Shown here: positions 23,251 through 35,420 of the stretch, one piece after another
Layout: the number at the start of each line of letters is the position of its first letter
Position numbering within the stretch: the stretch's first letter is position 1
Source: Nitrospirota bacterium
Lineage (GTDB): Bacteria > Nitrospirota > Nitrospiria > Nitrospirales > NS-4
DNA: 64,000 nt
Direction of reading: 5' to 3'
Assembly (NCBI GenBank): GCA_963788195.1
Contig: CAWBGA010000017.1
Span: forward strand, 256,001-320,000
Notes under the pieces: model-generated
Told to the model about the DNA's origin: nothing
Seen by the model: the letters and a program-made list of their open reading frames with translations, nothing else
Databases searched by the model: none
Made by a program: the position numbers and the translations under genes

Positions 23251-23406
23251 ATGGTTCCAGGACTCATTTTGTGGTTGCTTGGCGTACCGCTGGGTATCGT
23301 TGTACTATTGTGGCTCTTCGGGGTCATAGGGATAGGAAGCATCGGCGACTGCCTAGGGAAGCAGGGTTACCAGCTTCCCGGGCAAACGTCGGTTTTTTGT
23401 CTTTGA
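23251..23406 (+). CDS. Small hydrophobic membrane peptide (MVPGLILWLLGVPLGIVVLLWLFG...); true end may be near 23335
   Basis: Strong RBS AAGGAGGT and an LWLLGVP single-TM motif. Below the ORF-track cutoff. Confidence 0.65.
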   Translation: MVPGLILWLLGVPLGIVVLLWLFGVIGIGSIGDCLGKQGYQLPGQTSVFCL

Positions 23407-23517
23407 GGGCTTCAGCGGTTTCCCCAGTTGTCAGGTTTCGGTGGCAGTTGTGTCTCCATTCCTTGACGGTCCCTTGGTATCCAAGTTGCTTTCTTCTCCT
23501 CGACAACAGAAAATCTC

Positions 23518-23595
23518 CTCCCGATAAAGGCAAACTCCGAGTAATCGGAGGACGCAAAGCCGTGGGTCTCCCGTGAGATTGCCAGGCTGCCGAAA
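23518..23595 (+). ncRNA. c-di-GMP-I (GEMM-I) riboswitch
   Basis: GATAAAGGCAAAC-TCCGA-GTAA-TCGGA-GGACGCAAAGCC...GGTCT...GATTGCCAGGCTGCCGAA matches the GEMM-I consensus (GGCAAAC, GNRA-capped P2, GACGCAAAGC, GCTGCC). Confidence 0.85.
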
Positions 23596-23637
23596 GGGGA
23601 AACGGGCGGTGAGATTTTCCAGTCCAAAGGAGATTTC

Positions 23638-24021
23638 ATGCGTCCGTCAAGCCTACTCCATCATTTTCGCTCTCCTTTTTGTTAGTCTATTCTCCCATTC
23701 TTCCTGTAGGGTTAGAACAGTATGTGGCACCAATGCCTAATGTATGGGCGCAGAGCGCCGAAGTCCCGGTCGCTAGAATTGACCGCGGGCTCTCGGGGTC
23801 TCGGTCGGGATTAATGACCCGTCGCTCATGCCCGCACCGTCCTCATCGATAGGAACCACCATCCGTTGGCACCTGAGATTCTCATCGAGGACCGCAAAGG
23901 CTCCCCCCTTACCATCGAAGCCCTCCAGCGCTTTCGCTGGAATTCAGGGATCGAAATAGAGGTCAAGTATTGGGGTCCCGCCAATGTGATCACTCAGATG
24001 ATCGTGACATTACCCGAGTAG
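23638..24021 (+). CDS. Small exported PilY2-like protein; split by indels
   Basis: RBS AGGAG and ATG at 23638; hydrophobic N-terminal pieces; C-terminus ...VLIDRNHHPLAPEILIED...VITQMIVTLPE*, directly before pilY1. Confidence 0.5.
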
Positions 24022-24031
24022 GATTATCGCT

Positions 24032-27000
24032 ATGAGATACGAACGGAAATTGGTGCTCGCCCTGGCCCTGATTGGGCTGAGCATGATGGCATGCCCCGCC
24101 GCCAGCCTCGGCCAGGTGAACGCGGACTATTCAGCCGTCCCGCCGTTTCTTACGAGCGCCGTAACTCCAAATGTGCTCATTTTGATGGACAACTCGGGAA
24201 GCATGGGATATCGCGCCGCGTGTGACGACGACACGAACCAAACTTCCCCCACTTCGCTTCATGCCCGGGCGGGGGAACTTTTTTGGAGACCACGGCTTAC
24301 ACCGGCCTGTTCGATTCGCTCGGCTGTTACACCTATGACTCGGCGAATACCCGCTTCGTCCCAAGCGGTGCCGCCAAGGCACCTCATCAGCACGGCTTGC
24401 GCTTCCACCTTGTGGGACGGCAATCTGCTCAATTGGATTACATTCCGCCGCCAGGATGCTCTGAAGAAGGCCTTAATGGGCGGGCAATGCACCGTGGCGC
24501 GCGCGTCGGACGGCACCTGTCCGGCGAGTGGAAGCACGCCGCTCATCACGATCAAGACCGAGGACATTTTCAACTCCTCCTGTTGCGACGATGTCTCCAC
24601 CGCGCGCGTCCCGACGGGGGGCGGCAGCAAACGCGCGCCAATCGGCCGGCGTGCCCACCGCCGTGCAAACGCTTGGGGCCTCACCCGTCCATCTGGTGTT
24701 TCATGTCCGAGGATCGGGGACCCTCGCCGGCTCGTTCTGTGTGGCCAACCCGCTTAACGGGCTCATGTCCTCCTCGGCGAGCAGTTGCACAATTTCTGGC
24801 GGTGGCATTTACCGAACAGAAATTCGTCGGCCGTCTCACCGTGACGACAGAACCAGTCGGCGTGATCCAGCAACTCGGCGACAGGGCGCGCTTTGGTCTG
24901 CTGGAGTTCAGAAATTCGGGCGACGGGGGAAAAGTGCTGGTTCCGATCGGCTCGACGCAATCGGTTCCATACGACTCTTCGACGGTGATCACTCATAGTT
25001 CGAATAAAGCCGCGATGATCACCGCGATCGAGAAGACTAATCCGGCCACGAACACGCCCCTTGGCGAAACCCTGTATACCGGGCTTCGCTATATCGCGCA
25101 GTTGCCGCAGCCCTTTAGCGCAAGCACCTATCTGTACCCTATTGCATTTTCTCCGGGAGGACCGTCTTTCCAGGCCTCACAGACGGCTGGAGGACTGGGT
25201 GCGGGAGAGATCACCCCGCTCTCGGGCAGCGAAACCTGTCCGGCTGGTTATATCGTCAGGGGCTGTGGCCGCGACCCCTTCTTTTTTGCCAGCAATCCAA
25301 GTCCGGCCTGGGCCAGCCCTTCACGGCAAGTGAGCTGCTGCAAAACCTTCGTGATGATCCTGACAGACGGCGAGCCGACGATGGACACTAATATCCCCGC
25401 TGCCTTACAGGATTACGCGCATGCGGCGCACGGCGCTCATTGCAGCGGCACTTCCAGCGTTGTGCCCCCTCCCGCGGGCACCTGCTTTACCAGTAATACA
25501 GTGTCGATTCCACCGGCCACGCTTCTGCAGCAGCACAAGATCGATTATTCCGGCACCGGCGGCAGCGTGAATCACTCCATGGACGATGTCGCCTATTGGG
25601 GCCATACCACTGACCTTCGCCAGGCGACCATACCTGGAATCAATGAGGCCGGGCACGATCTGCCGGGGATCCAGAATGTGACGGTATACACGTTCTTCGC
25701 GTTCGGCAACATCAATGGGCGGGAAATTTTGATGCAGGCAGCCAAGCAGGGAGGATTTGACGATCAGAATGGAAATACTCTCCCGGATCTTCAGTCTGAG
25801 TGGGATAAGGTCAACAATGCGACAGGTCTTTTGGCGCCGGATGGCATCCCTGACACCTATTTCGAATCATCCAACGCCGACGATATGGAGACCAAGCTGC
25901 TGACAGCATTCACCAGCATCCTGCAAAAGGCCACTTCCGGCACGTCCGTGTCAGTCTTAGCCTCCTCAACGACCGGAGAAGGCGTCATATACCAGGCCTA
26001 TTTCTTTCCAAGCACCATCAATACGGTCGGCACTTCGACGACCACCGTCACGTGGACTGGCTACATGCAAGGACTCTTTGTGGACAAGTACGGCAATCTC
26101 CGCGAAGACTATTCAGGCACCGGGTGCACTGGCGCACCGGACGGCAAGCTGATCCTCAAACATGACTGCATTATTAAGGTTCGCGTCGACTCGACGACCA
26201 ACACCGTGCTGGTTGACCGCTACAAGGACGACGATGGCGATGGGATCGCCGATACGGCCCTGCCTTTTCAGACTGTGACATTGAAAGAGATTCAACCTCT
26301 CTGGGAGGGTGGCAGGCGGCTGGCCCTGACCGATCCGGGGGACACCTGCGCGGCAAATACGGGCGGGGTAACATGTCGGCGCATTCTCACCTGGGTGGAC
26401 AAGAACAATGACGGCCTCGTGAGCACGAACGAGTCCATAGAGTTTTCCGCGACTGCGGCAAGCGGTGCGGCAACTCTCTGTCCCTACCTCGGCGGCGCGA
26501 ATGTTCTGACATGCGTCAGCGGGGGCGCCGGCGGCTCCGGCCAGACTGAGGCCACCGATATCATCGGCTGGGTCCGGGGAAAGCAGGTCAGCGGACTTCG
26601 AGACCGACAGCTCAACGTGCTGGACGACAGCGGCGCGACCACGACGAAAGTCTGGAAACTAGGAGACATCATCTATTCCACCCCGGTTGTGGTTGGCGCT
26701 CCGCGCGAACGATATGACGTTCTCTATGGCGACGTGACCTACGCCGCATTTTACAAACGTTATAAAGATCGCACGACAAATGGCCTATGTGGGGGCGAAT
26801 GACGGCATGTTGCATGCCTTCAACGGTGGATTCTTCTCCACCGGCGATGACCTTAGCACCGCCGGAGTGCGTAGAACAGCTGCGGTTCACGACTACGCCC
26901 AAACAGCCGGGAACAAGCACAGACTGCGCAGCATTGCCCTGCGATGCCGGCGTTCCGACCTATACCGTTCGAACCACCACTCCGAAGCTAGGCGCTGAGC

Positions 27001-28673
27001 TCTGGGCATTTATCCCGCAGGACCTCCTGCCGCAACTGCGATGGTTGACGTCGTCATCATACAGCCATGTGTACTACGTGGATCTCAGACCGAAACTCAC
27101 CGATGCGCGAGTCTTCGTGCCGGATACGGACCATCCCGGCGGCTGGGGGACGATCCTGATTGGTGGATTCCGGCTCGGCGGAAGCTGCACCAATTGTGAC
27201 TCATCTGGGGGCGTAGCTCGTGTGGTCAGGGCTGACTTTGACGGAAACGGAACGACGACCGGCGCAGGCGACCGCCGTGCGTTTCTCTCCTCCTATTTTG
27301 TCCTTGACGTCACGAATCCCGAGAAAGATCCCGTTCTCTTGTGGACTTTTCGGGACATGGACCTGGGCTTCACGACCTCCGTGCCCGCCGTAATGCGCGT
27401 CAACCCGGCTATCGACGGCGGCACCTCCAGTGTGAACGAGAAATGGTATGTGGTCTTTGGAAGCGGCCCCACCGGCTACCAGGGCGTCACAACAGGCAGT
27501 CAGTTTGCAAAATTCTTTATCGTCGATCTGAAGCTCGGGCCCTTGTACAGCGGTGTCAACCAGACATCAGGCACCTTGAATGGACATTCTTGTGACCCTC
27601 TCATGCCCTGCATCGCCGTCGACAGCAGCGGGCAGCAGGTCCGCTCCTTCAACACCGGGCAGAACATCGCCTTCCTCGGTGATATCGTGACCCTTGATCT
27701 GAACCTCGATTTCCGAGTCGATGTGATTTACGCGGGCGCCGTTATTTGCAATGGAAGCGTCTCCGCTATGACCTGTAATGCGCCCACGGCACCCACATGG
27801 AAGGGCGCATTGTACCGCTTGACGACGAATAGCGGCAATCCTGATCCCCTCACCTGGGGGGTAAGCAACGCGCCGACGAAACTGATCAGCGCATTGGGCA
27901 CGTGTACAGCTCCGCCATGTCCCATCGGCCCCATTACCGCGGCTCCGGCCATGACGACCGATCCCGAGAATAATCTATGGCTCTTCGCCGGCACCGGACG
28001 GTTTTATTCCACCCTTGATGGGAACAATACAGACCTTCAACATTATTATGGCATCAAGGATTCGTTTATGACGCAGGGGTCGCCCGCGCAAACCTCCGAG
28101 CGGAATAACCTCTACGATGTTTCCAACGTGACAATCTGCACAAGTTGCGCGTCGTCAGCCAATGTCAGTTATGGCGCAGGCGGTTATGTCAACGGCTTTG
28201 ATTCAGGCGCCAATAACCTAGTGGGCAACGTCCACAACGTCGACGGCTGGTTCACCACGCTGCCGACTGCAGGCGAGCGAAGCCTCAGCTCCACTGCTCT
28301 GCTTGGCGGTTCATTGTTCTTCACCACGTCCGTACCCTCGACAGATATTTGCGTAGGATCGGGAACCGGGTACGTGTACGGCCTTTACTATTTAACCGGC
28401 ACAGCGTACACGTCCTCTGCCCTCGGAGGGACGACGGTCGGCGCGAATACCATTGCCAACCGAGTGATGTCGCTTGGCAGCGGCCTTCCTTCCAATCTGG
28501 CGTTGCAAATCGGGGCGGCCGGAACTGGGCAAGCGGGCGGTACGAGCAGCGCGGGATGCACTGGGCGGCAGACCGGTTTTATCCAGTCCAGTACCGGCGC
28601 GATTCAGCAACTGTGCAGCCCAGCTTCTTCAAAACAGCCTTGGAGCCGCGTGTTGACCTGGCGCGACATGTAA
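24032..28673 (+). CDS. pilY1: PilY1/PilC type IV pilus tip adhesin (vWA plus beta-propeller); split by indels
   Basis: ILMDNSGSM, TPLGETL, LTDGEP, LGDIIYSTP, YVGANDGMLHAF, ELWAFIP, W.TILIGG, FAGTGR, GWF..L, C-terminal TWRDM. Confidence 0.9.
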
Positions 28674-28807
28674 CCAACTCCACCGTTCGCCTGCGCTTTG
28701 CCCCCTCTACAAACAAGCTACTCCCAGCGGATTAGATCCGCCCATCCCGAACGTAAGCCAAAGTCTGAAGAGAAGTTGTGGTTTGGTGCCTTGCAGGAGG
28801 ATTTGAC

Positions 28808-28833
28808 GGACGGCCGGCTTCAGCCGGCCGTCC
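28808..28833. terminator. Strong GC hairpin between convergent genes
   Basis: GGACGGCCGGC-TTCA-GCCGGCCGTCC; no clear U-tract. Confidence 0.45.
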
Positions 28834-29088
28834 TAAGCGACACCTGGCAAAGAGTCCAAGAGGCGGTCGAGGACTGACAACCAGGGGCCTCCTGTTTCAA
28901 TCTATAGTCGCTTTTATCCCCGCAAAATATCCTACAGTGGGATCATGTCCTAGGCCTAAGTATCACATCGATTCTTCTTCTGGAAGGGCTCTCATGTCAT
29001 CTTTCACGCCTGAATTGATGAGGCCCGCTCAGGATCCAGGCGCGGGCAAGCTTTGCTTGCCGCGCCTGGATACCCGCAAGGCAACAGC

Positions 29089-30554
29089 CTAGAGCGCCCG
29101 CATAAAGGCAACCAGGGCAGCTTTCTCCTGGCGATTGAGCTTCAACTCCGACACCATATTAAAAAACTCCACCGTATCTTCGAGAGTGGGCAGTCGTCCG
29201 TCATGGAAATATGGCGGGCTGTCCTTGATCCCGCGCAGGACGAACGTCTTGATCGGTCCATCACCTTGCGCCCCAAATCGCTCCAAATGAAGGTCATGCA
29301 TCTGATGATCGGTGTAGGACGGCGGTTGGTGGCAGGAAGCACACCTAGCCTTCCCAAAGAATATCTCTTCCCCTTGCACCTCCTGTGGCGTGGCCTTCTT
29401 TCGGTTCAGCCTGCCCGTCATGGGATCCAATTTAGGGGCGGGGGGAAAGTCGATCATGTTTTGCATCTGGGCCATGTGAGGGATCAGCATGCGATCAAGC
29501 GGCATCATGCCTTTTTTTGCGGCGCGAATGTGATCGCCGTTGAAATAGGCGGTACGCTGTTCAAATTCAGTAAAATCCTCTACGGACCGTAGGCTCCGCT
29601 TGGAACCATGAATCTGCTGGTTGAACATGCCTCGAAGGCTCGACCGTGTCCAGGCGCAGCCGGTCCTTCTGGGGGCGCGTATCCGGATTTAAATGGAACT
29701 GGCCCGTCGTGTGGAAATTTACATGGCAATCAAAACAGGCGACGCCCAGACTGGGTTTGAGAGTTTTGCGATCGTGAGTGGCGTTGAACTCTTCCTGAGG
29801 AAGCTGCATGACCAGCATGCGAAGGCCGTCAAGCTGTACCGGCGTCACGAGTCCTCGGAAGAGGCGATCAAAATTATCCACATTCAGCACTTCACCTTGA
29901 GAGACATCGCCCAGTTCAGGGTGCGTCGTCAAAAAGATGGCCGGCGGGAATTCCGGAAGAAAGCAGTCCGGAAGATCAAAATCCACATCGAAGCGTTCAA
30001 GACGAGGGAACATCTTAATCTGAACCTGGGGGAAAACCTGCCCGCCGACTTCATGTTTGACATGAGGGAGACGGTCGAATCCAGCAGGCAACGCTTTTTT
30101 GTTTTTGATTTCGTCCGCCTCCATCTGCCCGAAGGCATCCCACGCTAACTCCCTCGCCAAGTTTCACGACCGGCCCGATGGGCTGTGGTTTCCCCTTCGA
30201 CATCGTCTGGCCCGTAGCTGTTTTGCAGTCCAGAACATAGCGATCCTGCAAAAGTTGTTTCTGCCGCGCCATGACTTTGGGCTTCTCGGCGATGTCTTTT
30301 TCCGTGACCTTGCGCGCAATCTCCTGCGCATCCTGCCCAGGCGGTGCGCCAAAGGCATCATAGGAAAAATCTACACCATCGAAGCCCTTCTTTTTTGTTT
30401 CCGCGATAGCCGGATCAGTTTTTTCTTTGCTTCGAGCTTTTTCTTGTACAGTTTCTTGGGCAAATCCTTTGGTTCCTGGTTGTGCGCACCAATAGGAAAT
30501 GAGCGCCGTGACAATCACCAAACAAATCGTCGTAAGCTGCTTTCTTCGAGTCAT
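29089..30554 (-). CDS. Di-heme cytochrome c peroxidase/MauG-like exported protein; two indels
   Basis: Signal peptide; CFDCH and CASCH; LRGIKDSPPYFHDGR; L.AFMRAL. Confidence 0.85.
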
Positions 30555-30781
30555 AGAAAATTCCTCTTCAACGACTGTGAATCATGAAAAACACTCCTCT
30601 CATCGACCTCTAAAGGTTTTCGTGTCGCTGAAACAGAGTGCAGAAGAAGGGGGGACCTACCCAAAATTAGAAGACAGGTCTGCAGTAACTCTCATCGATG
30701 ACGCTAAGTGAATGCCCGCCACTTCCAGAATCTAGATACTCGCTGGTGCTTTGTCTCCTGGCATCTGGTATAAGGCGCGAC

Positions 30782-31621
30782 ATGTCGGTGATCCGGAAAA
30801 GCGTTTATCTCCTTTCAGCGGTGGCATTTTCTGTGCTCTCCACCGCCTGTACTACGGTAACCCCGGCGTCGGTGTCGGTGCAGGAAGACTCGAACCACTT
30901 TGTACGGATCGAGGGCCGCTACGGAGACGAGCGCCGCAAGCGATACACACGGTTTGAGCATCCATTCATCTTGACGGTTCCCGAGTGGGAACGTCTCCTT
31001 GCCGGCATCCAGGTCCAAAGTCGCAAGGACACTCTTATCTTCAGCCCGGCCAAGAACCCGCCCGAGTCGGCCTTCTCGTCGGAGCAAGTCGCGTATCTTA
31101 GCCAAGGACTGCAGCAAGCGTTCAGCCGAGCGCACCCAGACGAATTCGTGGTGTTCGGCTTTAGTCAGTCGCGTTCCCCGTCCCTTACTGAGATCACCAC
31201 CGGCGGATGGTTCGTCGAAGGACAGCGCCTGCATCTCGTTTTAGCTAATTATCGGCACAGCGTATCGATGACGCATGTTCGCGACCAACTCTGGCGGGAT
31301 CCACTGTATTCTAATAGCGCTCCTTCGTACGGCATCGTTCCAGGCCCGAATCAGTCGCTCGGGAGACAGAAGGGACTCGTTGGCTTCCTGAGCACTGAAG
31401 CGCCCGAACTGGTGATCGACTATAAAGCACAGTTGGAGACGACGCCTGTCCAACCCTCAGTGCTTTCACCCGGCAAACCCCTAGACGTGCCGGCACCTGC
31501 CGGATCGATTGAGTCATCTCTCGAAGAGCGTCTACGAGTGCTCAAAAAACTACACGATCAGGGATTAATCACCGAAGACGAGTACCGCGACAAAAAGAAA
31601 CAACTGCTTAATCGCTTCTAA
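30782..31621 (+). CDS. Lipoprotein with C-terminal SHOCT domain
   Basis: Lipobox STAC; EERLRVLKKLHDQGLITEDEYRDKKKQLL. Confidence 0.8.
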   Translation: MSVIRKSVYLLSAVAFSVLSTACTTVTPASVSVQEDSNHFVRIEGRYGDERRKRYTRFEHPFILTVPEWERLLAGIQVQSRKDTLIFSPAKNPPESAFSSEQVAYLSQGLQQAFSRAHPDEFVVFGFSQSRSPSLTEITTGGWFVEGQRLHLVLANYRHSVSMTHVRDQLWRDPLYSNSAPSYGIVPGPNQSLGRQKGLVGFLSTEAPELVIDYKAQLETTPVQPSVLSPGKPLDVPAPAGSIESSLEERLRVLKKLHDQGLITEDEYRDKKKQLLNRF

Positions 31622-31757
31622 CACACCTGTGTCACCCTATTAAGCCTTTGACGCCAGTGTTTTGACTCTGCCTGTTCTGAGTATTTGGCAAAAAGCTTGA
31701 CAGTTAAACCGTAGGGTGTAACCCTAGTCACTACGGTCGTTGAACGGAGGTGTTTGA

Positions 31758-32132
31758 ATGGATACATGGCTGGGCATCGCCTGGAATAAGTTTTCTGTAG
31801 TCACTGTCGTTACGGCGGTCCTCCTCTCCATCCTTTTGGCGGGATGGATGACGCGTCAGAAGACTACCGGGGTCGAAGAGCGCATGGAACGCGCAGAGAG
31901 CCAGATTGTTCAGGCAATGAACACACTGAATACTACGAGGACTCAGTTCGAGAGCAATCAAGGGCGTTCGGAGCAGCTCATCAAGGAGCAGCGTATTCAC
32001 ACCGAAAGAGATGCCGAAGCGCGTGCCCTCGTAGACTCTGAGCTTCGCGACATGCGGGCCGAACTGAAGATGCTTCGTCAGTCGGTCTTTACGATGCGGC
32101 CCGCAGCGAAAAGCAAGAGCCGACGCCGTTGA
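31758..32132 (+). CDS. Membrane-anchored coiled-coil hypothetical protein
   Basis: RBS GGAGG, N-terminal TM helix, heptad-like body. Confidence 0.6.
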   Translation: MDTWLGIAWNKFSVVTVVTAVLLSILLAGWMTRQKTTGVEERMERAESQIVQAMNTLNTTRTQFESNQGRSEQLIKEQRIHTERDAEARALVDSELRDMRAELKMLRQSVFTMRPAAKSKSRRR

Positions 32133-32438
32133 TCCCAACACTGCAACTCTTCCCCGAGCAGGCATGCGCGGTATGCGGTATACACCGTGTAAGGCCCAGA
32201 CAGTCTAACCCCTCTTCGAGCATCACTGCATTCTGACGAAGCCGCGTCTGTTCAAGTTCCTCGCGCATTCAAGTTAGATCGCTCTCTCAAGAGATCACGT
32301 TGACGCCTGCAAGGCCGGCCTTTTGCGTGAGAAACCCGCTTACAGGGTATATGCCCCCCGCAGTGATTGCCATCGAATGGGGAGGCTTTCACCTATAGTG
32401 GTATTTCCTAATGTTTTTACTGTTACTACCATCGGCCC

Positions 32439-34196
32439 ATGCGTCCCTCCGAAAACCATATCCAACATTCTTGGGTTCGCCATTATAACGACGGAGTGCC
32501 GTCCACGTGCTGCTACCCACAATGCACGCTCCCCGAGATGCTACAGGATTCAGCCACGCGATTTCCCCGCTCAGTAGCCCTGCGGTTCTACGGCGCCAAG
32601 GTGACCTTCTCTGAACTCAACGATATGGTGACCCGCTTTGCGCAGGCCTTGTACGCCATCGGCGTGCGTCGGGGCGATCGTGTAGCCATCATGCTGCCCA
32701 ATATCCCGCAGGCCATTATTGGGCATTACGGAGCACTGAGGGCAGGGGCGATCGTCGTGCAGACCAACCCGCTGTATCTCGAACAAGAGCTTGAGACCCA
32801 GCTTCGTGACGCAGGTGCTGAAACGATCCTGGCGCTCGATCTTTTCTATCCCCGTATCCAATCCCTTAAGCAGCGCACGTCGCTGCGACGGGTCATCACC
32901 ACGAGCATTCGGGATTTTCTCCCTCCGGTCCGGCGGCTGCTCTATCCCATTAAGGCCAGGCTCAGCGGGCGCTGGATACGCCTGAGGCCCGCTCCCTCGC
33001 TGTATGACTTCAGAGAGATGCTGAAGGCCAAGCCGGATGCCGGGGACCAAGACGGCGTCCTACCGGTACTTTCCCCGGATGATCTGGCATTGCTCCAATA
33101 CACCGGCGGCACAACCGGAACACCGAAAGGAGTCATGCTGAGCCACCGCAATGTGATGACCAACGCCATGCAGTGCCGGGTGTGGGTGCCCGACTTGCAA
33201 GAGGGCCGGGAAGTGTTCCTGGGTGTGATCCCGTTTTTTCATGTCTATGGGTTGAGCACCTGTCAACACCTCGCCATGATGACCGGATCCACGTTGGTGC
33301 TGCTCCCGCGGTTTCAGGTCAAAGAGGTTTTGCGGGCGATTCAGACGTATCGCGTGACGATCTTCTCCGCCATCCCGATGATGTTTATGAAGGTCTCTGA
33401 ATCCCCTGAGGCTCGCAAGTACGACTTGCGATCACTGCGCGTGTGCCTCAGCGGTGCGAGCCCTCTGCATGCTGAGGTCCAGGACCGGTTTGAGCGCCTG
33501 ACGGGCGTCAAGATCTCAGAAGGCTACGGACTGACGGAGGCAGGGCCTGTCACCCATTGCAACCCTGTCTACGGCCATAATCCCCAAAGCTCCATCGGCG
33601 TGCCCTTTCCTGATACCGAGACACGGATTGTGGATCTTGAAACAGGCGACTGTGTGCTGCCGGTCGGGCAGGCCGGCGAACTGACGGTTCGAGGACCGCA
33701 GATCATGCAAGGCTACTGGAATAACGAAAAGGAAACTCGCGACGTGCTGCGCAATGGGTGGCTCTATACCGGCGACGTGGTCCGTGAAGACACAACAGGG
33801 TTCTTTTTTCTGGTAGACCGCAAGAAAGACATGATTAAGAGCCGCGGAGAAAATGTCTATCCCCGGGACGTCGAGGAGGTTTTATTTCGGCATCCTGCCG
33901 TCAAGGATGCGGTAGTCGTCGGGATCCCCGACCGTCAACTCGGCGAAGCGGTGAAGGGTTATGTCGTGCTGCACGAAGGTTGCCTGACGACTGAGTCGGA
34001 CCTGATCACGCATTGTCGAGGCGTTCTGGCCGCCTTTAAGGTGCCATCGCATATCGCTTTTCGTCAGGAGTTGCCGAGAACGCTGGTTGGGAAAGTCTTA
34101 CGCCGGGCATTGCTCAATGAAGAGGCGAGCAAAGACCGCGACGACGCCCACACCCTGAAGCCAACCAAACAAGTCACCGTGGGAGATGCACGATGA
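32439..34196 (+). CDS. fadD: Long-chain-fatty-acid--CoA ligase
   Basis: YTGGTTGTPKG, EGYGLTE, GWLYTGD, DRKKD, VGKVLRR. Confidence 0.93.
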   Translation: MRPSENHIQHSWVRHYNDGVPSTCCYPQCTLPEMLQDSATRFPRSVALRFYGAKVTFSELNDMVTRFAQALYAIGVRRGDRVAIMLPNIPQAIIGHYGALRAGAIVVQTNPLYLEQELETQLRDAGAETILALDLFYPRIQSLKQRTSLRRVITTSIRDFLPPVRRLLYPIKARLSGRWIRLRPAPSLYDFREMLKAKPDAGDQDGVLPVLSPDDLALLQYTGGTTGTPKGVMLSHRNVMTNAMQCRVWVPDLQEGREVFLGVIPFFHVYGLSTCQHLAMMTGSTLVLLPRFQVKEVLRAIQTYRVTIFSAIPMMFMKVSESPEARKYDLRSLRVCLSGASPLHAEVQDRFERLTGVKISEGYGLTEAGPVTHCNPVYGHNPQSSIGVPFPDTETRIVDLETGDCVLPVGQAGELTVRGPQIMQGYWNNEKETRDVLRNGWLYTGDVVREDTTGFFFLVDRKKDMIKSRGENVYPRDVEEVLFRHPAVKDAVVVGIPDRQLGEAVKGYVVLHEGCLTTESDLITHCRGVLAAFKVPSHIAFRQELPRTLVGKVLRRALLNEEASKDRDDAHTLKPTKQVTVGDAR

Positions 34197-35383
34197 AGGA
34201 TGTCGTTGTTGTAGCAGGTGCGCGCACGCCAATCGGAAACTTTGGAGGGGCCCTCAAGGACATCCCGGCGCAAAAGCTGGGCGAACTGGTCGTCCGGGAA
34301 GTGATCGCACGAACGGCGCTTGACCCCCGATTGATCGAGGAAGTGATTATGGGGTGCGTCGGGCAATTTTCCGATGCGGCCAACATCGCGCGGGTCATCG
34401 GGTTGATGGCCGGCCTTCCCATTCAAACGCCGGCCTATTCGGTACAGCGCAACTGCTCATCCGGGCTTCAACCGTTTGTGAACGCGTTCCAAAACATCCA
34501 GAGCCAGGATGCGGATGTGCAGATCGTAGGCGGCGTCGAGAGCATGAGCCGAGCGCCCTACGTCACGCGGGATATGCGATGGGGTAAACGGTTGCGACAC
34601 ACGGAATTCATCGACACTCTGTGGGAAGCCCTGACTGATCCCGTTTGCGGCCAGATGATGGGGCGAACCGCTGAGAATCTTGCCGAGGAGTTCGGCATCG
34701 GCCGCCAGGAGCAGGACCAGTTCGCCGTCGAGAGTCACCGCCGGGCATTTCGCGCTCTTCGCGAAGGACGGTTCAAAGACGAAACGATGCCGCTCAGCAT
34801 TCCAAAATCTGTCGCTGGCCGCGATGTCGCCCCCACGGTCTTGACCCAGGATGAAGGACCGAACGTGGGATTGTCCGAACAACAGCTTGGCCTGTACCCA
34901 CCGTTGTTCAAGGAAGGCGGAACGGTGACGGCGGGCAACAGCTGCCCCCTCAACGATGGCGCCGCCGCCGCTCTCGTGATGTCCGCCGACCGGGCCCGAG
35001 CGTTGGGACTCACCCCGATGGGTCGTATTCGAGGGTACGCCTTTATCGGCGTTGAGCCCACACGGATGGGGATCGGCCCCGCGGAGGCTCTTCCTCTGGC
35101 GTTGAAGAAGGCTCACGTCACGTTGGACGACCTCGATCTTATTGAGCTCAATGAGGCCTTTGCGGCCCAATGTCTGGCGGTAGTACGAGTGTTGAGACTG
35201 AAGCAGGAGCGGGTCAACGTCAATGGCGGCGCCATCGCGTTGGGCCACCCCGTGGGCATGACCGGGACCCGCTTAGTCCTGACGCTGCTTCATGAGATGC
35301 GACGGCGGGAGGTCGCGCTTGGTGCGGTGACCATGTGTGTCGGAGGGGGACAAGGCGCCGCAATGGTGTTTGAGCGCGTGTGA
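34193..35383 (+). CDS. Acetyl-CoA C-acyltransferase (thiolase)
   Basis: RNCSSG, NEAFA, GGAIALGHP, CVGGGQG. Confidence 0.95.
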   Translation: MKDVVVVAGARTPIGNFGGALKDIPAQKLGELVVREVIARTALDPRLIEEVIMGCVGQFSDAANIARVIGLMAGLPIQTPAYSVQRNCSSGLQPFVNAFQNIQSQDADVQIVGGVESMSRAPYVTRDMRWGKRLRHTEFIDTLWEALTDPVCGQMMGRTAENLAEEFGIGRQEQDQFAVESHRRAFRALREGRFKDETMPLSIPKSVAGRDVAPTVLTQDEGPNVGLSEQQLGLYPPLFKEGGTVTAGNSCPLNDGAAAALVMSADRARALGLTPMGRIRGYAFIGVEPTRMGIGPAEALPLALKKAHVTLDDLDLIELNEAFAAQCLAVVRVLRLKQERVNVNGGAIALGHPVGMTGTRLVLTLLHEMRRREVALGAVTMCVGGGQGAAMVFERV

Positions 35384-35420
35384 GTGAGCGGGTGCAAATA
35401 ACCACGATCGAGGTGTCCTA

